DNA from: a bacterium
Lineage (GTDB): Bacteria; SZUA-182; DTGQ01; JAFGSM01
Assembly: GCA_049472315.1 (NCBI GenBank)
Contig: JBLIRN010000039.1
Coordinates: 1-26,568 of the forward strand
Direction: 5' to 3'
DNA length: 26,568 bases
Shown: positions 15,784 to 23,964 of the stretch, piece after piece
How positions within the stretch are numbered: position 1 is the first letter of the stretch
Layout of the letters: each line of letters begins with the position of its first letter
Position numbers and translations under genes: made by a program
Notes under the pieces: model-generated
Database searches by the model: none
What the model was told of the DNA's origin: nothing
What the model saw: only the letters and a program-made list of their open reading frames with translations

Positions 15784-17655
15784 ATGAGGTTTGCGAACGC
15801 CTCCGTGTGGGTGATATCCCTCTTCTGGCTCATTCCGATCATGGGCCTCTTCTACATCTATGCCTTCACCCGGAAGGCGCGTCTCATCGAGCTTTTTTGC
15901 AAAAGACATCTCGCCGGGCATATCATACCGCGACGCAGCCGGGCACGACAGTGGTTCAAGGCGCTGTTGATCCTCGCGGGGATTGCCTGTATCATCCTCG
16001 CCGTGATGAGACCGCGATGGGGATTTCACTGGGAGGAGGTCCGAAGGCAGGGGGTGGATCTCATGGTGGTGGTGGATTGCTCTCAGAGCATGATGGCCAC
16101 GGATGTCAAACCGAACAGGCTCGAGCGGGCCAAGCGGGAAATCAGAGACCTGCTCGGAATGCTGGCAGGTGACCGGATAGGACTGATCGCCTTTGCCGGG
16201 ACGAGCTTTGTCCAGTGTCCCCTGACCCTCGACTACAATGCATTCGGAATGTTTCTGGACTACATCGACACCGACCTCATCCCGGTCCAGGGTACCGCCA
16301 TAGGGCATGCCATCAGGGAGAGCATCGCATCCTTCGACCGGACACCGAAGGGATCGCAGGCGATCATACTCATCACCGACGGCGAGGACCATGAGGGTGA
16401 CCCGCTGGCGGCGGCTGCCGAGGCAAAAAAGCGCGGGATCAAGATCTTTCCGATCGGTATAGGAATGGAGGGGGGCGCCCCCATACCGAATACCGATGGT
16501 ACCGGATTCAAAAAGGACCGGCAGGGAAACCTCATCCTCAGCACGCTCGACGAGGGCACACTCCAGGGAATCGCCCTGGAGACCGGGGGGCGGTATGTCC
16601 GCTCGGTCACCGGGGACCTGGACCTGGAAAAGATCTACCTGGAAGGGGTGCGCATGATGGATCAGACCGAGCTCGCCAGCACCAAAAAACGGGTATGGGA
16701 GGAACGGTTCCAGTGGTTCCTGCTCCTTGCCCTCATTGTCCTGATGATCGAACAGTTGCTGCCCGAATACCGCAGGGAACGAAAAAGGGTAAGCAATGGC
16801 GCGCGTATTGCGTGCCTGTGTGCATTCCTTCTGCTCCTCCCGCCGTGGGTCTCTTCCCTGAGTGCAGGCATTCTTCCCCTGTCGAAGCCAAAGGAGGCGG
16901 AACGATTCTTTGCCGACGGGCACTATGACAAGGCCCTTTCCGCGTACCTGGATGCCCAGATCGATTCCCCGGACGATCCGGTGCTCCATTACAATATCGG
17001 AGCCACCTACTACCGGATGAATAAGTATGAGGAGGCAGCCAGGAATTACGAGGCAGCCGCCGCTCGGACCACGGACATCGACCTGCGGGAAAGGGCGTAC
17101 TATAATCTGGGAAACTGCGCCTATCGCATGGGCAAAATGGAGGATGCGGTCGCCTGGTACCAGAAGGCCATCGAACTCGATCCCAATGATGGTGATGCCC
17201 ACTATAACATGGAATTCGTCCGGCAGGAGATGCAACGGCGCAAGGAACAGGCACAGGAAAGGCAGGAGGGGAAGGAAACGGGCGAGGATAAAGGCGGAGA
17301 TACAAAGGGTGCCGGGGAACAAGAAAGGCCCGGGGATTCCGGTAAAGAAAAACCCGAACAGGGTGATCGCAACAAGGGCACCCCGGAGGGAAAGGAAAAA
17401 AGGAAGTCAGGGGCTGAGGACCAGCGTACGGCCCAGCCTCACCAGGACCCGAACGAAGCGGCAGGCCTTCAGCAGGGTGAGGCACGACCGCCGGGGGAGG
17501 ACACCGGGGAAAAGGGAAGGCCTGCCTTCGGCATGCAGATCGATCCCAAGGAGGCGGAAAGGTTGCTCGAATCGATTGATGAGGAACGGGGCAAACCCTC
17601 GGACAAGCAACCCATCCCCGGCATGGGCACGCATACGCCGGAAAAGGACTGGTAG
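15784..17655 (+). CDS. batB: BatB-BatC fusion (VWA, TPR repeats, charged low-complexity tail)
   Basis: MRPRWG, MIDAS DCSQSM, ITDGEDH; TPRs (YNIGATYY, YYNLGNCAY); tail ending EKDW as in BatC. Confidence 0.88.
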   Translation: MRFANASVWVISLFWLIPIMGLFYIYAFTRKARLIELFCKRHLAGHIIPRRSRARQWFKALLILAGIACIILAVMRPRWGFHWEEVRRQGVDLMVVVDCSQSMMATDVKPNRLERAKREIRDLLGMLAGDRIGLIAFAGTSFVQCPLTLDYNAFGMFLDYIDTDLIPVQGTAIGHAIRESIASFDRTPKGSQAIILITDGEDHEGDPLAAAAEAKKRGIKIFPIGIGMEGGAPIPNTDGTGFKKDRQGNLILSTLDEGTLQGIALETGGRYVRSVTGDLDLEKIYLEGVRMMDQTELASTKKRVWEERFQWFLLLALIVLMIEQLLPEYRRERKRVSNGARIACLCAFLLLLPPWVSSLSAGILPLSKPKEAERFFADGHYDKALSAYLDAQIDSPDDPVLHYNIGATYYRMNKYEEAARNYEAAAARTTDIDLRERAYYNLGNCAYRMGKMEDAVAWYQKAIELDPNDGDAHYNMEFVRQEMQRRKEQAQERQEGKETGEDKGGDTKGAGEQERPGDSGKEKPEQGDRNKGTPEGKEKRKSGAEDQRTAQPHQDPNEAAGLQQGEARPPGEDTGEKGRPAFGMQIDPKEAERLLESIDEERGKPSDKQPIPGMGTHTPEKDW

Positions 17656-17659
17656 CCGA

Positions 17660-19471
17660 ATGAAAAAAAGGCATATAACACGACCCATCACATTGATCAT
17701 CCTGCTGCTTCTCCCCCTCGTCTGTGTGCAGGTCGCGGGGGCGGGGGCCGATGTCCGGGTTGACATCAGCGCGGACAGGGACAATGTCCGCCTCGGTGAA
17801 CAGGTGAGGGTCGTGATATCCGTTCAGGGTGGGGAAAATGCTGCAGAACCGGATTTCCCTCGATCGGATGCCTACAGCGCATACTACCGGGGTCAGTCCT
17901 CACGGTTCGAGGTGGTGAACGGCCGTTTCAGCTCCAGCCTTGACTTCACGTATGCCATCGTGCCCATCAAGGAGGGGACCATAGCCATTCCCGCCATCCC
18001 GATCCGAGTGGGGAGGGAAACGTACCACACCGAGCCCCTCACCATCGCCGTATCCTCTCGTGCGGAATCCCCCGATGCCTCGCCCCCCGAGAGGATGCTC
18101 TTTGCCACCGCCGTAGTGGACGACCAGGAGCCCTTTGTAAACCAGCAGGTCGTCTATACCCTGCGCCTTTTCCGCCGTGTCCAGATCCAGGGTGCGAGCC
18201 TGGAGCCCCTCGAGTTCGATGGCTTTCGTATGGAAAGGCTGGGAAAGGAGCGGGAGTACCGGCAGGTGGTAGACGGTGTGAACTACACGATCACCGAATT
18301 GCGGTACGCGCTTTTTCCCCAGCGCTCCGGCGTGCTTGCCATTCCCCCTGCCAGGTTACAGTGCCAGGTCATGTACCCACGGAAGCGGGGAAGATCCCGT
18401 CTGGACAGCTTCTTCGATGACCCGTTCTTCGGGGGATTCGGCAGGACCGAGCTCAAAACGGAGTTTATCTCCACGCAGCCGACCCAGATACACGTCAAAC
18501 CGATGCCCCATGCCGAGGATCCCGGCCTTGCCACCCCCCTGGTGGGTTCCTTCAGCGTCAACGCCCATGTAAGCACCAACGAGCTGAAGGTAGGGGATTC
18601 GGCCACCCTCACCATTGAGGTCATGGGCAAGGGTAACGTTCACGACATCCCCGAGCCTTCGATCCCCGATCTCCCGGAATTCAAGGTATACGAAGACAAG
18701 CCCACCCTTGACGTCAATGCAAACGACGAGGGTATATCGGGCGTAAAGACCTTCAAGATGGCGCTGGTGCCGACAACGCCGGGGGAATACCGTTTCCCTC
18801 CCCTGCGGATTCCCTTCCTCGACCCGGACACCGGGGCCTACCGCACCGCATCCGCACCATCCTTTCGTGTGAAGGTCCTCCCCGGGGCGGAGGAGGAGCG
18901 GCTCCATCTCGTGGAGGGTGACAGCCCGGCCGTAAAAAAGGAGGAGATACGGCTCCTGGGCAGGGATATCCTCCCTGTGAAGACCTCGCTTGACTCCCTG
19001 CGTAATCAATCGGTCTCATGGGGCAATCCCCTCCTGCTCCTCATGATCATCCTCCCTCCCCTCGCCTACTGCGCCATCTTCGGATGGGAAAGGAAAAGAA
19101 GGCACATCGCCGAGGATCAGGGCTCCTACCGTCGGAAAAACGCCTATCGGGAATGGAAGAAAAACCACAAGGGTATTACCTCCCCCGCGGACAGGAGGGA
19201 TCCACAGGCATTTTATACTCAATCGTTGCGCGCCGTGCGTCAGTTCTTAGGGGACCGTCTCGGTATCGACGGCCAGGCCCTCACCACGCAGGAGATCAAC
19301 CGGAAGCTGGAAAACACCCGGATGCCGGATCACGCAAGGGATCACCTGAATGCCCTTCTCCAAACCCTCGAGCAGGGGGCATTCGGATCTCTAAGGCAGG
19401 AGCCCGAGGAACGGAAGGCCCTTTTAAACGATCTTGACAGGTTCGTTAACCAACTCATACGATGGACATGA
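17660..19471 (+). CDS. batD: BatD-family protein
   Basis: Signal peptide from ATG 17660; DRDNVRLGEQV, FEVVNG, FDDPFFG, VGSF, GKGN; C-terminal TM. Confidence 0.88.
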   Translation: MKKRHITRPITLIILLLLPLVCVQVAGAGADVRVDISADRDNVRLGEQVRVVISVQGGENAAEPDFPRSDAYSAYYRGQSSRFEVVNGRFSSSLDFTYAIVPIKEGTIAIPAIPIRVGRETYHTEPLTIAVSSRAESPDASPPERMLFATAVVDDQEPFVNQQVVYTLRLFRRVQIQGASLEPLEFDGFRMERLGKEREYRQVVDGVNYTITELRYALFPQRSGVLAIPPARLQCQVMYPRKRGRSRLDSFFDDPFFGGFGRTELKTEFISTQPTQIHVKPMPHAEDPGLATPLVGSFSVNAHVSTNELKVGDSATLTIEVMGKGNVHDIPEPSIPDLPEFKVYEDKPTLDVNANDEGISGVKTFKMALVPTTPGEYRFPPLRIPFLDPDTGAYRTASAPSFRVKVLPGAEEERLHLVEGDSPAVKKEEIRLLGRDILPVKTSLDSLRNQSVSWGNPLLLLMIILPPLAYCAIFGWERKRRHIAEDQGSYRRKNAYREWKKNHKGITSPADRRDPQAFYTQSLRAVRQFLGDRLGIDGQALTTQEINRKLENTRMPDHARDHLNALLQTLEQGAFGSLRQEPEERKALLNDLDRFVNQLIRWT

Positions 19472-19508
19472 ACACAAGGAACGATATACACACGGGAGCG
19501 GGCCGGCC

Positions 19509-20303
19509 ATGAAACGGACCGGAAGGAATCCCCTTTGCCATGCCCTCTCAGCAGTCCTCGCCGCGATGATGCTGCTCGCCCTCCACCCCTGTGTGGCCCG
19601 CGCCCAGAGGGAAAAGGCCACCCAGAACTTCTTGCAGGCGAACCAGGCATATGAAAATGAGCGGTATGCGGATGCCGCCTCCCTCTACGAGGAGGTCATC
19701 GGATGCGGGTTTCATTCGGGAGCGATCTACTACAACCTGGGCAATTGCTATACCAAGATGGGAAGGATCGGTCCGGCACTTGTGTATTACCGGAATGCGG
19801 AACGGTTCATGCCCAGGGACGGCGACCTGAGATTCAATCTCCAGTATGTCCTTGACCAGCGGAAGGACAGGATCGAGACCAGGGAGCGTATCCCCTTTGC
19901 CCGGGTGTTCTTCTTCTGGTACTACTGGTTAAGCCTCAGGGAGATCCTCGTCATCTTCCTCGTGTTCAACCTCCTCCTGTGGACCCTATCCCTCATCCTC
20001 CTGTACCGGCATCACGAACTGCTCAGGTGGGCGCGCATCCTCAGCCTGTGCCTCTTCCTTATCTTCGGTGCCACCCTGGTCGTCAAGGTATATGCCCAGG
20101 GGATCATCAGGCAGGGCGTGGTGACCGTCCAGGAGGCCACGGTGCGGTCAGGGAACGGTATTCACCACTCCCCTCTCTTCATCCTTCATGAAGGGGCCGA
20201 ATGCAGGGTGGACGACGAGGCCGAAGGGTGGATGAAGATCCTCCTCACCGACGGGAAGATCGGCTGGATATCCTCATCGGCGATCCGGATCATCGGTCAA
20301 TAG
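19509..20303 (+). CDS. batE: BatE-like TPR/TM/SH3b protein
   Basis: ANQAYENERY, YYNLGNCY, two TM helices, LFILHEG...GWMKILLTDGKIGWI; ATG 19509 with GGAG upstream. Confidence 0.85.
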   Translation: MKRTGRNPLCHALSAVLAAMMLLALHPCVARAQREKATQNFLQANQAYENERYADAASLYEEVIGCGFHSGAIYYNLGNCYTKMGRIGPALVYYRNAERFMPRDGDLRFNLQYVLDQRKDRIETRERIPFARVFFFWYYWLSLREILVIFLVFNLLLWTLSLILLYRHHELLRWARILSLCLFLIFGATLVVKVYAQGIIRQGVVTVQEATVRSGNGIHHSPLFILHEGAECRVDDEAEGWMKILLTDGKIGWISSSAIRIIGQ

Positions 20304-23035
20304 AGCCGGCCGTCGACAAGGGAGGGATACTCGTTGTACCCGTCCTGAAGATAATCGAGGCAACTGGGCAGTCCGAGGAAGTATTCGAAGATGCACAGGG
20401 CGTCCCTGGGGGAGCATACAAAATCCCCATTGACATCACAGCACACGTCTTCAGCCGGTATTTCGCAACTGGTGGGGGATATCTCCAGGTATTTCTGGAA
20501 TGCACAGAGGGCGTCCTTGGGGGTGATTCCGTTGTACCCGTCGATGTCCCCGCTGCAGAACACCCGGTTCCGAACGGGAAGTATCCGGGACCTCACCGCT
20601 GCCACCGGATCGGTGTAGGAGGCCACCACCTGGTAGAAGTATGTCCCCTCCCTGGAGCAGTCGCCGACCGTCTCATCCCTGAATGCGAAGGGGATGTGCA
20701 TATCATATCCCTGCCCATCAAGGGCGAATTCAGCCTGGCCGTCAAATGGCCCGATGGTCCCTACCGCCTGTGCGGTCTCCGGGTCGACGCAGGGCTCTTC
20801 CGACCGGTAGATGGTCATGCTCTCCAGATCGCCGCCGTTTGCCATGTCTACGGTCCAGTAGATCTCATTGGTGCAATTCGTGTCATATTCCTGGTACCCC
20901 CCTTCCATGTCCACCCCGCGCAGGAGCAGGCCGTTGAGCCGAGCCAGGTCCATACCCGGCAGTATCCCGCCGAAGGTGGGATCGGGGATGGAGTCGAGGT
21001 CGGGGTCATTTTCCGCATCGTATTGGGGAAGGCTTCCCCTGTCCAGCGGATTGAGGAAAAACCGGGAGAGATCTACGCTGAGCGGGGTGCAGGGGGTATT
21101 CCCCACCCGGTCCAGGTACGCTACCGCGGGGAGGGTGACAGGATCGAGGGACCGCTTCACGTCATCGAGATCCCAGTATGGCTCGTCGTCCTCGTCGAAC
21201 ACCAATAGGTCCTTTGGCACCAGGTCGTCCTCCTGATCATCATCCTCGGCAGCCAGCGCACTGAAACCGCCCTCCACCAGTGCCACCGCCGCCTGCAGGT
21301 GGGTCAGGGCGCTTGCCATGCGGGTCTGCCCTGCACTGTCGAGCAGGGTGAGAATCAAGGGATGCGCATCGAGGAACTCGTTCACGCCATTGGCAAGGGG
21401 CTCACCTTCATCATCCCGGAAGGGATCATCGAATATGCAGTAATCGAGATTCGGGTCCCAAAGGGTATACGCACCCACCACGTCCAGCACGGCATGGGTA
21501 ATGTGCAGCCCTGCCTTGAGGAATGACACATCTGTGCCATCCACCTCCACGATTCTGTCAACCGGGGTATTCGCGTCCTCGAGGAGTCTGTCACCTCCAA
21601 GACCGATAAAACGCCTGTAGTCCGGACCACTGATTGCATCAAGATGGCCCAGGGATTCCTCTATACAGGGGATGATACCCGCGTGAACGGCCCCCTGGAT
21701 CACGTCCAGGCCGGGGGCATTGGGGTCGAGATCCCGGCAGGTCCGCGGGCCGGAGGTCGTATTGGGATCGTCAAGGGTAAAGATCCCTTTGTAGGTCACC
21801 CCCAGGCCGTCCAACCCCCCCCGGACAAGGGGATCAGGCTGATCAAGGCAGCGCGCGAGACCGGTGAGGGCCATGCCCAGGTGGTCCTCCGATCCAACGT
21901 ATGCCTCGTGCGCGGTATTCAAATCGGCGGAATCGGGATCATCCGAACTGAAAAGGACGTCCCCCGGACTCTTCACCACCAGGAGGGCGGGATTCCCCTC
22001 CACTGCACCGCTGTCCGCAGCCTTGATCCATGTGTACCCCGGTCTGAGCGCAACCACCGATCCGTTCGGGTCTATGGATGCCACCTCGGGATCGGAACTC
22101 TGCCAGGAGTAAGGGGGTGTCCCGCCAAAGGCGGAGAAGCGGCCCTCCCCTGCCTCCTCCAGGAGCATCCGCTGCGGGCTGATCACCGGTTCGGTCCGCT
22201 CGAAATCCTGATAGACCCCGATATCGGTAACCAGATCATGACTCACACCGTCACTGCTCCCCCGGTCGATGGCAGGGCTGTCCTCGTCGAATTCCCCGGC
22301 CCTGCTTTTGAGCCGGAAATCAAAGGGCGGGTCCTTTTTCTGATCGGCGTTGATAAAGAGGGGATCGGCATTGATCAGGCCGAAACCGTCGAGGGGATTG
22401 AGCTGGGTATGGTCCTGAATGATGGAAAACCGGGCCTCCGCCCCCCTGACGCCTCCCTTGCGGTTTGCCGTAACGATGGAGTTGAAAATGCCCGGGTAAG
22501 CACGTTCCGCATAGATCCCCATATGGCCGTTATTCCAGACAATGCAGTGTTCGATCAGGGCGCTCCCCCCATCGATATGGACGCCGTCATACCCGTTCCG
22601 GATGATGATGCAGCGGCGAATGGTGACATCCGCCTCCATGCAGCGGACCCCATCCTGTTGGGCATCGCTGATGGTCAACCCTTCCAGCATGCACCCCTTC
22701 ACCCCACTGCATTGCACGGTCCCATGGATAACGGTTTCGATCGGGTCCTCATCCGGATCGGCGCCCTTGAGGGAGAGGTCGGGCGTATCGATGGTGATGG
22801 ACTCGTAATACTCACCGGGCTTGATGCGGATGGTGCAGTTCTGCGAGGCGTTATCCAGGGCCTGATAGATACAGGGAAAGGGGGCATCCTTGCTGCCGTC
22901 CGGGTTTCCGTAAAAGGTTGCATCCACATACACGTCACATACGCCGTTTGCCGCCGATGGCGGGACAGGGCAAAGGGACATGCCGCAGACGAGGATCATC
23001 ATGATGCCAGTCGCTGCAATCGACATCCTGGACAT
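20297..23035 (-). CDS. Large secreted acidic protein: right-handed beta-helix, Ig-like (Big_2) domain, unknown central domain, C-terminal dockerin-like domain
   Basis: Signal peptide from ATG 23035 (GGGAGG RBS); DGSKDAPFPCIYQAL, IKPGEYYE, beta-helix repeats, ADPLF; WQSSDPEVASIDPNG; GDIDGYNGITPKDAL and DVNGDFVCSPRDAL. Confidence 0.82.
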   Translation of the reverse strand: MSRMSIAATGIMMILVCGMSLCPVPPSAANGVCDVYVDATFYGNPDGSKDAPFPCIYQALDNASQNCTIRIKPGEYYESITIDTPDLSLKGADPDEDPIETVIHGTVQCSGVKGCMLEGLTISDAQQDGVRCMEADVTIRRCIIIRNGYDGVHIDGGSALIEHCIVWNNGHMGIYAERAYPGIFNSIVTANRKGGVRGAEARFSIIQDHTQLNPLDGFGLINADPLFINADQKKDPPFDFRLKSRAGEFDEDSPAIDRGSSDGVSHDLVTDIGVYQDFERTEPVISPQRMLLEEAGEGRFSAFGGTPPYSWQSSDPEVASIDPNGSVVALRPGYTWIKAADSGAVEGNPALLVVKSPGDVLFSSDDPDSADLNTAHEAYVGSEDHLGMALTGLARCLDQPDPLVRGGLDGLGVTYKGIFTLDDPNTTSGPRTCRDLDPNAPGLDVIQGAVHAGIIPCIEESLGHLDAISGPDYRRFIGLGGDRLLEDANTPVDRIVEVDGTDVSFLKAGLHITHAVLDVVGAYTLWDPNLDYCIFDDPFRDDEGEPLANGVNEFLDAHPLILTLLDSAGQTRMASALTHLQAAVALVEGGFSALAAEDDDQEDDLVPKDLLVFDEDDEPYWDLDDVKRSLDPVTLPAVAYLDRVGNTPCTPLSVDLSRFFLNPLDRGSLPQYDAENDPDLDSIPDPTFGGILPGMDLARLNGLLLRGVDMEGGYQEYDTNCTNEIYWTVDMANGGDLESMTIYRSEEPCVDPETAQAVGTIGPFDGQAEFALDGQGYDMHIPFAFRDETVGDCSREGTYFYQVVASYTDPVAAVRSRILPVRNRVFCSGDIDGYNGITPKDALCAFQKYLEISPTSCEIPAEDVCCDVNGDFVCSPRDALCIFEYFLGLPSCLDYLQDGYNEYPSLVDGRLY

Positions 23036-23135
23036 AACTGCCTCCCTTTCTGGTGGTCCAGAATTGCATGGTTGGTGTGAGGTCACTTCCTGTTCGAGTC
23101 CGGTATTGTGACTTCCTCGTGTATACATACGCCCC

Positions 23136-23163
23136 AAAAAATAAAGCCCTTATCAAAGGGCTT
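23136..23163 (-). terminator. Intrinsic terminator downstream of the barrel gene
   Basis: Minus strand AAGCCCTT-TGAT-AAGGGCTT followed by TATTTTTT. Confidence 0.7.
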
Positions 23164-23255
23164 GCTGCAAAAAACGATATTCGATGTATCGGGGGCTGCC
23201 GACACCGTACCTGTCTGTATAACGCTACAGGATACGGTCGGTCATACGGTCCCGG

Positions 23256-23927
23256 TCAGAATTCAAACAAGAGCCCTACATAGTAAAACCAGCCGCTCAG
23301 ATCGGTCTCATCCTCCTTTATTGAATCAAAATTGGTCAGATCGGTGTACCGCACCTCGAAGGTGAGGTAGGTGGCATTCACGCCGAACTTCTCATCAAAC
23401 CGCTCTGCAGAATCGGGGCCGATACGGTTGAGCAGGACCTGAAACCCTGCATTCGCATGAAAGCCCGAACGGTGATTGTGCAAAGCGGACTCGAGTATCT
23501 CATCCGTATTGGGATCGGTATAGGTTGCCCTCTGTTTGAAATAGCTGTAATCGACCCCGCCGCCGACGTAAGGGACGATGAACTGATCGGGTGAAAACCT
23601 CAATCGTGCGTTCACCGACAGTTCCAGGGGGATGTTGTAGAGGTAGTAGAAGGGTTCGTGCTCCCGCATATATCCCGCACCCACGCCCACTTGCAGGAAT
23701 TGCTTGGGGAACTCCATATTCACCTTCATTCCACCTATGATCCCGTACTTCCTCCCGAATACGGATTCCTCGAACCTGGAGGTATCCATCACGTAGTATC
23801 CCCCCCTGGTCTCAAGGGAGATATTCTGCCTCGGCGAGGGGGGGAGGGCAAGGGCACGGGAGGGAAGCACCAGGATGAACAGCGCCACCCATATCAGTGA
23901 CGGAACAAGCAAGTGATTTCTTCTCAT
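23256..23927 (-). CDS. Outer-membrane beta-barrel protein, MXAN_2562-like
   Basis: Signal peptide from ATG 23927; IVPYVGGGVDY; LLNRIGPDSAERFDEKFGVNATYL helical insert; terminal YVGLLFEF; family name recalled from memory. Confidence 0.7.
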   Translation of the reverse strand: MRRNHLLVPSLIWVALFILVLPSRALALPPSPRQNISLETRGGYYVMDTSRFEESVFGRKYGIIGGMKVNMEFPKQFLQVGVGAGYMREHEPFYYLYNIPLELSVNARLRFSPDQFIVPYVGGGVDYSYFKQRATYTDPNTDEILESALHNHRSGFHANAGFQVLLNRIGPDSAERFDEKFGVNATYLTFEVRYTDLTNFDSIKEDETDLSGWFYYVGLLFEF

Positions 23928-23964
23928 CAGTTCATTCTTCTCCTTTTCAACGCACAATGCTCTC

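Noticed and set aside
12804..17322. Long antisense ORFs (357, 342 and 522 aa) over the bat genes
   Set aside because: Shadows of well-supported plus-strand genes.
17027..17659. 211-aa extension of batD (overlapping gene or frameshift fusion)
   Set aside because: It is an Arg-rich alternative frame of the BatC tail. BatC ends normally in KDW and the BatD signal peptide starts at 17660.
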